64,000 nucleotides of DNA from Candidatus Hydrogenedentota bacterium (GTDB lineage Bacteria; Hydrogenedentota; Hydrogenedentia; Hydrogenedentales; SLHB01), in contig CAVUWV010000018.1 in NCBI GenBank assembly GCA_963745075.1, positions 128,001-192,000 on the forward strand, written 5' to 3'. Below, piece after piece: positions 53,288 through 62,052 of the stretch (within the stretch, counting starts at the first letter, position 1; each line of letters opens with the position of its first letter). The position numbers were made by a program, and so were the translations under genes. The notes below the pieces were generated by a model. It was given only the letters and a program-made list of their open reading frames with translations, did not search any database and had not been told where the DNA came from.

Positions 53288-53905
53288 TCAGCGCCCCGTA
53301 ATGGTTGACCATGCCCGATTAAACCAGTTCCCTTCCTTCTCTTCTGCGGAGACGGTGCGTTCCACTTCTTCTTTGGCAGGGACCCACTCGCCGTTGACCA
53401 TTTCCTCGGTCTTCTCCGCGACGAAGAGACTTCCGACGCGATGCCAGCGTTGACTGCGGAGTTCGAACGTGAGGGTTTCTTCGCCGGTATCCCGGAGGAA
53501 ATTGGAGTCCGCCACCGCCTCGTCGCGTTTGCGATGGAGTTTGGTGGCGAATCGCTGTTTGGGGAGTTTGACTTGGGCGATGTAGGGAACCGTCCGGGAC
53601 TCCTGTTCCTGGATATCGATCTGCATGTTATCCGCGCCGTCGGGGTAGACCGAATACTCTTTGTAGTAATAGGGTTTGCGCTTGATGACCTGTCCGCGCC
53701 CGTCCTCACTGCCTTCTTCGCGAACGTAATCGCGCACCAAATCCCGCAGTTCCGCTTCGTAGCTATCCTTGGAAACGGTCTCCGAGACCATCGCTTCGGA
53801 CGAGGCGTTGTCGGACTTGTGCCCAAACCGCGCGCAGGCCGGAACCAGCAGAAGGATGAGTGCGAGGGACACCAAATGCATTGGGATGGACTTTGGAATC
53901 GGCAT
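53288..53905 (-). CDS. Hypothetical lipoprotein
   Basis: Hydrophobic stretch ending LVPAC (lipobox-like); GAGGAG upstream. Confidence 0.65.
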   Translation of the reverse strand: MPIPKSIPMHLVSLALILLLVPACARFGHKSDNASSEAMVSETVSKDSYEAELRDLVRDYVREEGSEDGRGQVIKRKPYYYKEYSVYPDGADNMQIDIQEQESRTVPYIAQVKLPKQRFATKLHRKRDEAVADSNFLRDTGEETLTFELRSQRWHRVGSLFVAEKTEEMVNGEWVPAKEEVERTVSAEEKEGNWFNRAWSTITGR

Positions 53906-54139
53906 GATGTTTCGAAGGGCTCCTCTTTGCGTCGTGATCGACACCATTCCGTAACGTGGCAGTCTGCAACCAGTCAGGCCCGAACGGCACAACACGAACG
54001 ACCGGACTGAAGGAACGGCCGCATCTTATCACAGGGGTAAGGAAGGATTCACGAAAACGATACTTGAGTGGAAAGCGAGCGAACCGCCAAGGGATAGTGG
54101 CCCGCGGCAGTCGGATCTTCCCACTGCGAGCGTGCCACC

Positions 54140-55207
54140 TCAGGGCGAAGTGATTGGCGCGTTGCCCCCCGCGGTATAGGTAAGCAACCGGTTCTCCCGC
54201 GAGGTGTCTTTCAATTGAACCTGATTCCCGCGGATATCGACCACCTCGAAGCGATCCTGAATTGTGTCGCCTCGGTGTACCTGTACGCTGGACCCCGTTC
54301 TTCCCTGGCCGTTGCGCGCGCTCAACTGGAAGGTTGCCGTGTTGCCCTGTACGTTCTTCAAGACCATCCGGTAGGCAAACGAATCCTGGTCGATTTCCTC
54401 CTTCAACGGGGCGAGCGACGGGTCGATTTTGAAGGCCTGGTTGACCAAGGTAGAGGCACGAGAAAGGTCGTGCTCGGTCCACTGTTGAGGATACTGGGCA
54501 TTGTGGATCATTTCGACGACCCGGGCGCGCGCTTTCTCAACGATGGAACGGTTTTCGGGATGATCCTCTTTGCGCAAGGCTACGAGGGCTTCCTTCAAGG
54601 TTGCCATCGGATCCGCATTGTTCGCGAGCATATCTTCCGCCGGGTTATGGAACTGCCGATCCAGCAAGGGCGCCGGCCGGTTGATGTAGGCGATGACCTG
54701 CCCGCCGCCGAGATAGAGGATGACGATCGCCGCGACGAGCCCGGCGAACACACCGACTTTCCGGATCCAGGAAGGCTGTTGTTGCACAGCCGGGCGCGCA
54801 TAGGAAGGAGGGCTCGATGGCATTGCGAGGGAAGCGAGCGCCTGGCTGCGCTCGTCCAATTCCGGCAACCCCGATTCGTGCTGGGGCGCGTTCGAGTCAA
54901 ACTGTGATTTCTTCTTGCCCCGGATGCCGAACACGGAGCGTTTCGCGGTCGTGTCCTCGGGCGGATTGCTTTTGAATTCCGTCTCGGAACGAAAGGCCTC
55001 CATGGCCTCCATGACACTGCTGGAAGGGGCGTAGTGCTTGATGGTTTCGCCGCCAAGGTCGTCAATGGTGAGGCTTCGTGTTTCATCGCGTGGCCGGCCG
55101 ACATTCTCGCCGCAGAACCGGCACTTTACCGCAAGCACGCTGATCTCCATGCGACAGCTTGGGCATAACCGCATTTTCTCATTATTTCGGGCAGTGCCGG
55201 AATCCAA
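54140..55207 (-). CDS. Zinc-ribbon, single-TM hypothetical protein
   Basis: CPSC...CRFCG N-terminal ribbon; central TM; AGGAGG RBS before TTG. Confidence 0.75.
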   Translation of the reverse strand: MDSGTARNNEKMRLCPSCRMEISVLAVKCRFCGENVGRPRDETRSLTIDDLGGETIKHYAPSSSVMEAMEAFRSETEFKSNPPEDTTAKRSVFGIRGKKKSQFDSNAPQHESGLPELDERSQALASLAMPSSPPSYARPAVQQQPSWIRKVGVFAGLVAAIVILYLGGGQVIAYINRPAPLLDRQFHNPAEDMLANNADPMATLKEALVALRKEDHPENRSIVEKARARVVEMIHNAQYPQQWTEHDLSRASTLVNQAFKIDPSLAPLKEEIDQDSFAYRMVLKNVQGNTATFQLSARNGQGRTGSSVQVHRGDTIQDRFEVVDIRGNQVQLKDTSRENRLLTYTAGGNAPITSP

Positions 55208-55531
55208 TGTTGAGCCTCCTGCCTAGCCGAAATGAACCCGAACGTTCGGCTGTTACGGCTGCTTCGCCCGGCAAAATGGCGCGGCAGCCTTCTCTGCCAT
55301 GTTGCACCCGCGACGGGTGTTGCCAGCACTACCCCCAATCCGGCAGTGGGTCCAAAACCAAGTGCTTCGATGACAATGGCTTACATCAAAACCGCATCAA
55401 GCAGGCTCGCCTGTAACACGGATATAGTAACGGAGAACCTGAAAAATTACAAGTTCTTCCCCGCCAAAGTGCGAACACTCCGTAAACGTTTAATACCATC
55501 TAATGTACAAGAGTTGCATCGGAGAGCCCGG

Positions 55532-56293
55532 TCATCCTTTTCCCAGTATGCGAAGCGTGTCGGAAATCGCCCGATCCAGCGAATCGTTCGTTTCAGGCGA
55601 TACGGGAACCGTCTCGGTGCATCCGCATTCAGAGCACTTAAACGCCCGGCCCGAAACGCCATAGGCTTCACGGACCTTGTACAGCTTCTCCACTTCTTCG
55701 GATTCGAGACGCCGCACACGGCCTAGGAGATGGGCGGTCAGCATGGTTTCCGCGGCATGCTCGATCTTCTCCATCTTGTGGAGGGCGTCGAAGACATCAA
55801 CACCGATGGTCAAGGCGCCGTGCCGGTCCATCAGCAACGCATCGCACTGTCGAATGAGATCCCGAATGGCTTTCCCGCCTTCCGGAGTCGCGGGGGTCGC
55901 ATATTCCGCGGTCGGAACGCCGCCGATGGTGTATACCACTTCCGGTAACACACAATCGGACAAGGAAACTCCGGCCAGCGTAAACCCTATGGCCTTCGGG
56001 GGATGGGCATGGACGACCGCGCTCATCTCGGGGCGCTCTTCGTAGGCCGCGAGATGGGTGAAGAATTCGGAAGTCACCCGCCCGTCGCCGGAAATCTTGT
56101 TGCCCTTGCCGTCCGCGATTACCAAGTCGCGTGGATGCATATAGCCCTTCGAGACGCCGCTGGGCGTGCAGACATAGCGGTCGGGACCAATGCGAGCGCT
56201 GACATTGCCGTCGGTGGCGGCCACCAGGTTCTTCTCATAGAGCCGGCGGCCGGCGTCGCAGATGGCCTTGCGAATGTCCAGTTCCGTCTTCAA
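55532..56293 (-). CDS. Class II aldolase (FucA-like) with C-terminal encapsulation peptide
   Basis: DGNVS, TPSG, SEFFTH, VVHAHP and HGA; tail CSECGC-linker-DSLDRAISDTLRILG (amphipathic helix). Confidence 0.9.
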   Translation of the reverse strand: MKTELDIRKAICDAGRRLYEKNLVAATDGNVSARIGPDRYVCTPSGVSKGYMHPRDLVIADGKGNKISGDGRVTSEFFTHLAAYEERPEMSAVVHAHPPKAIGFTLAGVSLSDCVLPEVVYTIGGVPTAEYATPATPEGGKAIRDLIRQCDALLMDRHGALTIGVDVFDALHKMEKIEHAAETMLTAHLLGRVRRLESEEVEKLYKVREAYGVSGRAFKCSECGCTETVPVSPETNDSLDRAISDTLRILGKG

Positions 56294-56562
56294 TGCTCGA
56301 TCTCCACGTGGTCAACAATACCTACGATAGTACTCCGGACGGGCGCCTCGGGTTCGTTGAACATGAAGCGTGCCGAACTGCCTTCCTGCATCAAGAGTAC
56401 CAAATCCCCCACCCCGGCTTGAACCCGGTCCACCGCAACGAAGGGGGAGCCTTCCTCGGCGCCGTCCAGATCGACGTGTTTGACCATGAAGGTCTTCTGT
56501 CCCCGATAGAAGGAGTGCTTTTGCGTGGATATCACCTGTGCGACTACGCGGGCCAATTTCAC
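56290..56562 (-). CDS. BMC-P pentamer (EutN/CcmL family)
   Basis: MKLARVVAQVISTQKH, VAVDRVQAGVGD, EGSSAR and IVGIVD. Confidence 0.92.
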   Translation of the reverse strand: MKLARVVAQVISTQKHSFYRGQKTFMVKHVDLDGAEEGSPFVAVDRVQAGVGDLVLLMQEGSSARFMFNEPEAPVRSTIVGIVDHVEIEH

Positions 56563-56981
56563 GTGGCTGACCTTTCTCGATTCAATCCCTGACGCTTTAC
56601 CCGCGTCAACCAGCCGCTAGTGGCCCCATAGAGAGCGCCCAAGACAAACCATTGAATCCCGCCGGCGAATAGAACGTAAAGTGCCCAAAGCAGCGGCGTG
56701 ACCTTCACGTAGTGATCCAACCGGAGTATCGCGTTGATAAGAAGAATAGGAAAATCGACCAATAGTAACATCTGGTCCTGCCATCGTACCGTGTGTGAGA
56801 AAATTTCACCATCCCACATGAGGATCGGGACAAACAACGTATGCACGACTGCAAAACCGACCCCACATCGTAGCGGTCTCCGGGGAACCCATTCCCTTAA
56901 TATGCGTGACCAGTACTCGGACGTGAGGTAAAGGGACGCGAAAACTACGAACAACGCGCAGATGGTTACCCCGTCGGCCAT
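56559..56981 (-). CDS. Small hypothetical membrane protein (3-4 TM) inside the BMC operon
   Basis: Hydrophobic 140 aa ORF; GAGGA RBS; its TGA overlaps the GTG of the next BMC-P (GTGA). Confidence 0.65.
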   Translation of the reverse strand: MADGVTICALFVVFASLYLTSEYWSRILREWVPRRPLRCGVGFAVVHTLFVPILMWDGEIFSHTVRWQDQMLLLVDFPILLINAILRLDHYVKVTPLLWALYVLFAGGIQWFVLGALYGATSGWLTRVKRQGLNRERSAT

Positions 56982-57088
56982 TAGCTTGCTCGTTCCTCTT
57001 CAACCAACACGGACGTTTGGAATCACCAACCCTCAATTATTAGACGCTTTAGACCCCGGAAAGGTGACATTTGTTCGGAGCCGGCTGC

Positions 57089-57352
57089 TTATTGCGTCAC
57101 TTCATCTACAATGGCGACAATCGTCAAATCCGCCGGATTGAACTTGTCCGGCAGGGGAAACGTCGCTTCACGTCCCTGCGCCATGAAGACCCGCTCCCCT
57201 TGGTTAACGCCGATGGCATCGCAGGCGATGACGGGCTTTCCCACGGCTTCACTATGCTCGTCAATAGGCTGGACGATCAGGAACTTCACGCCCTGAAACG
57301 CGTCGAGCCGCTGACTCGCGACCAGCCGTCCAATGACCTTACCGGGTATCAT
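57089..57352 (-). CDS. BMC-P pentamer (EutN/CcmL family)
   Basis: GKVIGRLVASQR, ACDAIG, QGREA and DLTIVAIVD. Confidence 0.9.
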   Translation of the reverse strand: MIPGKVIGRLVASQRLDAFQGVKFLIVQPIDEHSEAVGKPVIACDAIGVNQGERVFMAQGREATFPLPDKFNPADLTIVAIVDEVTQ

Positions 57353-57358
57353 TCTGCC

Positions 57359-57917
57359 TTACCACGCATGCTTCTTTGTCAGATATTCGTAAATTTCCGG
57401 ATAGGGGTTAGGAATCACGACGCGCTCGACCAAGTCTGCGCCCGCGATGGCGGCTCCCGCGTCGACCGAAGCCTCCACGTCCGCCACGTCGCCCACGAAG
57501 GTCGTGTACCCTTTGCCGCCAATGTGATTGGCGAGGTGAAGCACAATGAGCGTGATGGGCGCGGCCTTGCATGCGGCGTCGGCAGCCTCGACAATCATGG
57601 CGGCGGACCGGGTCTCGAGGACGCCGACGGCGTCGAGCTTCGGAACCGGAGCTTCACCTCGGAGCGCGGGAAGCACCTGCTCGTGGAGGTTGGCCAGCAC
57701 GAACGACTCCACGACGGCGTCAGGGCCGGCCTTTTCGACGCCTGCGCGCACGGCCGCCTCGACGGCCGCGACTTCGCCGGTTAACGAGGGACATGTACTT
57801 GCCGGGCGTAATCGGCCGGGATTCGATGAGATCGACCGGCGCGGCCTTCACCATGGCATCGCTCGCGCGGATACCCGCCGCGATGGTGGTGTATTCGACC
57901 ATGCCTAGAACGGACAT
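57359..57917 (-). CDS. BMC-T single-layer trimer (PduT-like), frameshift at about 57784
   Basis: [27 protein letters not shown] joins TGEVAAVEAAV..LHEQV..GVLET..AADAACKAA..GGKG..GDVADV..VIPNP after removing one A. Confidence 0.88.
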
Positions 57918-57954
57918 AGGGATGCCTTTGCCACGGGACGTGGCGAGAAGCCCT

Positions 57955-57990
57955 TGGACTGAATGGACGATATGGACACTATGGACGAAG
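57955..57990. repeat. Four 9-bp tandem units with a TGGAC core
   Basis: tggactgaa tggacgata tggacacta tggacgaag. Confidence 0.65.
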
Positions 57991-58075
57991 AATACATCAG
58001 GCGCATGCCCCCGCCATTTGAGTGCGTTTCCACTTTAGCATCTTCATCTCCTCCAGCCTCCGGACTCCAGCCTTC

Positions 58076-59419
58076 TCAGACTATCCTAAACGAATCCACC
58101 AGCGTGCACCGGCGTTCGCGGGTGAAGCTGATGGGCGAGGTCATGCCTTCGCCGGTGGGGCTGGCGATGGTGAAGGATGTGTAGCCTTCCCCGCCCATGC
58201 CGAGACCCGCGAAGGTTGGTCCGTTCTTCACGAAGATGGAGCAGTTAATCAGGCGCGCCATCGTACTCAGTTTATCAATGTTGCGGGAGTGCATCGTCGC
58301 CGTGTGGCGGCGACCGCCCTCGTAGGCGACGGCGAGTTCGATGGCCTCGTCCACATTGGACACGCGCACAACAGGCATGACGGGCATGAGTTGCTCGGTC
58401 CAGGGCAACGGGTGGTCACGGTCGACTTCACAGATGGCCAGCCGCGTCTCCGGCGGCGCGTCAATGCCGATTTCGTGGAGGATGAGGTTGGCGTTCTTGC
58501 CGATCCAGCGTTTGTTGATGACACCACAGCGTCCGTCGCGCGACTCGAAGATGACGTCGCAAAGCCGTTCGATGTCTTTCCCCGCGACCTCGACGCAGCC
58601 ATGGGCGACCATGTGCCGCTTCAATTCGTCCGCGACAGCGGCGACGACCACAACTTCTTTTTCCGAGGTGCAGATGATGTTGTTGTCCAGCGATGCGCCG
58701 TCCACGATGTCCTTCGCCGCCTTGGGAACATCAGCGGTCTCGTCGACGACTGAAGGCGGATTTCCTGGACCAGCCGCGATGACCTTCTTGCCCGAGAGCA
58801 TGGCTTCGCGCACCACGCCGGGTCCTCCGGTCACACAGAGCAGCGCAACGCCGGGATGATGCATGAGCGCCTGCGCGGTGGCGATGGAGGGATCGGCGAT
58901 GGCCGTGACAAGCCCGTCGGGTCCACCCGCATCGACCACGGCAGCGTTGAGGACTTCCACGCACCGAATCGAGCACCGCTTGGCACCGGGATGGGCGTTG
59001 AACGCGACCGCGTTTCCGCCGCTGAGCATGGCAATGGAATTGTTGATGACGGTTTCCGTCGGGTTCGTCGTCGGGATGATCGAACCAATGACACCGTGGG
59101 GCGCCCGCTCCATCAGCATCAGACCGTGGTCGCCACTTTTCGCCCGGGGTTCCAAAATTTCCGGGCCGGGCGTCTTGATCGTGACGAGGAGGTTCTTCTT
59201 GACCTTGTCTTCGGGCCGGCCCAATCCGGTTTCCTGAACGGCCAGAAGCGACAGCTCTTTCACATGGGCCATGGCCGCCGCGCGCATGGACTCGACAATC
59301 CGGTAGCGCAGATCGAGCGAGCATCGTTCCATCTGCTCGAAAGCACGCCGTGCCCGCGCGACGGCGTCATCGACGCCGGGTTCGCGTGGATCCGTTACAG
59401 CACTTCCTGTTTCACTCAA
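58076..59419 (-). CDS. CoA-acylating aldehyde dehydrogenase (EutE/PduP family)
   Basis: PTTNPTET, TGGPGVV, AGPGNPP, DNNIICTSEK (catalytic Cys), EQLMP and GEGYTSFTIASPTGEG. Confidence 0.93.
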   Translation of the reverse strand: MSETGSAVTDPREPGVDDAVARARRAFEQMERCSLDLRYRIVESMRAAAMAHVKELSLLAVQETGLGRPEDKVKKNLLVTIKTPGPEILEPRAKSGDHGLMLMERAPHGVIGSIIPTTNPTETVINNSIAMLSGGNAVAFNAHPGAKRCSIRCVEVLNAAVVDAGGPDGLVTAIADPSIATAQALMHHPGVALLCVTGGPGVVREAMLSGKKVIAAGPGNPPSVVDETADVPKAAKDIVDGASLDNNIICTSEKEVVVVAAVADELKRHMVAHGCVEVAGKDIERLCDVIFESRDGRCGVINKRWIGKNANLILHEIGIDAPPETRLAICEVDRDHPLPWTEQLMPVMPVVRVSNVDEAIELAVAYEGGRRHTATMHSRNIDKLSTMARLINCSIFVKNGPTFAGLGMGGEGYTSFTIASPTGEGMTSPISFTRERRCTLVDSFRIV

Positions 59420-59446
59420 GGTCCGAAGGCTTCCTCTGTTTATCCC

Positions 59447-60239
59447 TTACTCGAAGGCGGACGAAACGATGCCGACCACCGCGAGCGTCCCATTATACGT
59501 AAAATGAGCGATCACGCTCGGAAGAATCGAATCATACCGTTGGCGCAGGTAGGTGAACACGGCGCCCATGACGGTAACAACGGCAATCCCGACCCAATCA
59601 CCGTAAAGTTGCGGCGTATGAATCAGTCCAAACCAAAGCACGATGATGCCAAACGCCACCGGAACCCCGGTCAGACGCCGCAGGGACGGGTACACGAATC
59701 CCCCGGTAGTAAATCTCCTCGAACGGCGGTACCAGAATCATCATCACCAAGAACAGGGGCGACAGGGACGGCTCGCCCCCTTCCTCTTCCGGGTTTTGGA
59801 GCGCGAGGTCGATGATGTACCCCTTTCCATTGGCAAAGAAGTACATAAGAAATCCGGCCATCACGGCGGCGACCGCGCCGAAAGCAACACAACGCAATGC
59901 CGTCTTCCACGGGATGGCGCGAACGGCAAAGGCCGTGCGGATCGAATGGCGGTACTTGCGGCACGCGAAATACCAGACCACACAAAGGGTGGCGAACCAC
60001 GACAGCACCAGCGTTGGAAGCAGGTATTCCATACGGGGCGTCATCGCGTTCGGTTGAAAGCCCGACGCAGCGAGCATGATGAAGGCGGTCAGAATGCCGA
60101 GAACGATTTCGACAGCCCAGATGATGCCGATGGCCTTCAGAAAGTCTTTCCAGCCGACGTCCCGAGGAGGTGAAGGCTCGACGACCGGTTGATCGCCTTG
60201 GGCATCGTCCGCAGGTGTGCGTGGCGACTCAACCGTCAT
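59447..60239 (-). CDS. CPBP (CAAX/Abi type II) intramembrane metalloprotease, frameshift at about 59701
   Basis: PPFEEIYYRG (EExxxR), WFGLIH (FxxxH) and AHFTYN (HxxxN). An extra G in a G-run splits ORFs 59598..60284 and 59447..59695. Confidence 0.88.
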
Positions 60240-60525
60240 GCTTGCGCCATTTGGTTTCGCCGTCGAGGTCCCACGAATCGACAATCGCCATGATGACGGC
60301 GTCGCAGGGACGGTCCCGCGTCGCTTCGGTCATGCGCGCAGAACTGCCGGTCGCGACGAGCACGACCTCGCCGACGCCTGCGCCGACGGCGTCGACGGCC
60401 ACCACGTATGCGCCCGTTTCCTTCGCTTCGAGGTCGAGAATGCGCACGACGAGGAGCTTGCGCCCGTCGAGGGACGCTTCCTTCGCGGTGGAAACGACGG
60501 TTCCGGCTACACGGCCAATCTGCAT
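60229..60525 (-). CDS. BMC-P pentamer (EutN/CcmL family)
   Basis: AAGGAG RBS; MQIGRVAGTVVSTAK, VAVDAVGAGVGE, GSSAR and DAVIMAIVD. Confidence 0.95.
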   Translation of the reverse strand: MQIGRVAGTVVSTAKEASLDGRKLLVVRILDLEAKETGAYVVAVDAVGAGVGEVVLVATGSSARMTEATRDRPCDAVIMAIVDSWDLDGETKWRKHDG

Positions 60526-60553
60526 ACTCGCTCCTTCTACCGGCGAAGAATGA

Positions 60554-60717
60554 GGAACATCCCCCTGATCCCCCTTCCAAGGGGGAATGGTTCGTAACGC
60601 TAAGCGTTGCGTTAGGGGCAACGTAGACTTCGGATAACGCGCCAGCGACTACTTGAATACCAATGGCATTCGCTGTGCGCCATTCCCCCTTTGAAGGGGG
60701 ATCAAGGGGGATGTTCC
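60554..60717. repeat. About 165-bp element with about 37-bp terminal inverted repeats (MITE/REP-like), copy 1
   Basis: ggaacatccccctgatcccccttccaagggggaatgg ... ccattccccctttgaagggggatcaagggggatgttcc. Confidence 0.85.
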
Positions 60718-60733
60718 GCCCGTTGTGAATAAA

Positions 60734-61039
60734 CTACCGCTTCGATTCTTTGGCGGCCTCATCTTTGCGGCCCAGGGGCAACGCCGTGTCCACGTTCGTG
60801 TGCGGACGCGGAATGATGTGGACGCTGACCACTTCGCCAACGGCGCGGGCGCCCCGTTCCCCGGCTTCGCACGCGGCTTTGACCGCTGCCACGTCGCCGC
60901 GCACGATGGCGGTCACATAGCCGCCGCCAATCTTCTCGTAGCCGACCAGTTCCACCTTGGCCGCCTTGACCATGGCGTCGGACGCCTCGACCATCGCGGC
61001 GAATCCCCGCGTTTCCACCATTCCCAGTGCATCAGCCAT
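60734..61039 (-). CDS. BMC-H hexamer shell protein
   Basis: [46 protein letters not shown]. Confidence 0.97.
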   Translation of the reverse strand: MADALGMVETRGFAAMVEASDAMVKAAKVELVGYEKIGGGYVTAIVRGDVAAVKAACEAGERGARAVGEVVSVHIIPRPHTNVDTALPLGRKDEAAKESKR

Positions 61040-61158
61040 CGCGTTTCTCCCGTTAACCCCTGCAAACTTGTAATGCCATGTTTGGGCAGACTCTTAAACC
61101 CTGCCCCGCTATCTTAATCGGAGACAGCAGAGACTACAGCGACACCAGAGACGTGAAC

Positions 61159-61785
61159 TCAACGTCGCTCCACATCGCGGCCGGAGAGACCTTCGAGCGA
61201 ATGGATCGCGGCTTCGCTGCCGACAACCACGTCCGCCTCTTCACCGCCGAGGTAAAGACGCCCGAAGTTGCCGAAAGGCCGAATGTCGACCAGGGTAACC
61301 CGGCTCGCCTTCTCCGCCTCGTTGGCTGCCAGTATAGCGTAAAGGGCGGGCTGCGTCTCCAGAATGAATAAGGTCTGCCCGGCGAGGAGCATGGACCCAC
61401 TCCGATTCTTGTTGATGAGTGAGGCGTGGTACGGGTCGACCTTGCGGATGACTGTGCTGGACGCGATGCGCGGTTTCTGGCGGTCGGACTCTTTCAGTCC
61501 AAGCGCATCGAGGACAGCCTGGCCGGCTTGGCGGACGTTGGCCTGAGATTCGGAGTGAACCTCGAGAGTCCCGAAACTCCGTTCGACGACCTGGATGGCG
61601 GGCCGCACGTCGGTCGCTTTCACGGCGATGTCGAGCAGCCGAACGATTTCCATTCCCGGCGCGACTTCGACAAAAAGATTGGCCATCCCCGCGACGGGCA
61701 TGTAGCCCTGCACGGTGGAGGCCATGAAGGAAGCCAATTGCTCCTGCAAACTGTCGAGAATGATGTAGCTGCGTAACTCCGCCAT
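61159..61785 (-). CDS. BMC-T double-stacking permuted trimer (CsoS1D/CcmP-like, BMC-Tdp)
   Basis: LRSYIILDSLQ, VEVAPG, QVVERSFGTLEVH, LINK, LETQPA..AANEAEKA and FGRLYL. Confidence 0.92.
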   Translation of the reverse strand: MAELRSYIILDSLQEQLASFMASTVQGYMPVAGMANLFVEVAPGMEIVRLLDIAVKATDVRPAIQVVERSFGTLEVHSESQANVRQAGQAVLDALGLKESDRQKPRIASSTVIRKVDPYHASLINKNRSGSMLLAGQTLFILETQPALYAILAANEAEKASRVTLVDIRPFGNFGRLYLGGEEADVVVGSEAAIHSLEGLSGRDVERR

Positions 61786-61852
61786 GAACCTCCGTATGAA
61801 CTTCTCGCCTTACAGTCTTCGCGCATCTGCGAGTTGCAGGGCTTTCGAATTC

Positions 61853-62014
61853 ACATCCCCCTTGATCCCCCTTCAAAGGGGGAGATGTGACCAATTCCGT
61901 CGATAGATATATTCTGTTGCGCTTCGCCCAGAACGTCGGCACTTCGTTGGCCGCAATGCGCAACGCAAAGCGTTGCGAACATTTCCCCCTTTGAAGGGGG
62001 ATCAAGGGGGATGT
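61853..62014. repeat. About 162-bp element with about 36-bp terminal inverted repeats, copy 2
   Basis: acatcccccttgatcccccttcaaagggggagatgt ... acatttccccctttgaagggggatcaagggggatgt. Confidence 0.85.
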
Positions 62015-62052
62015 TCTTCAAATCTCGTTAGTACAACTCCGCTACCTAGCGA

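Noticed and set aside
55532..61785. Carboxysome, Pdu or Eut assignment
   Set aside because: No Rubisco, carbonic anhydrase, diol dehydratase or ethanolamine ammonia-lyase is in the locus.
60554..62014. Possible CRISPR array from the ~36-bp repeats
   Set aside because: The repeats are inverted pairs separated by genes, not direct repeats with regular spacers, and no cas genes are present.
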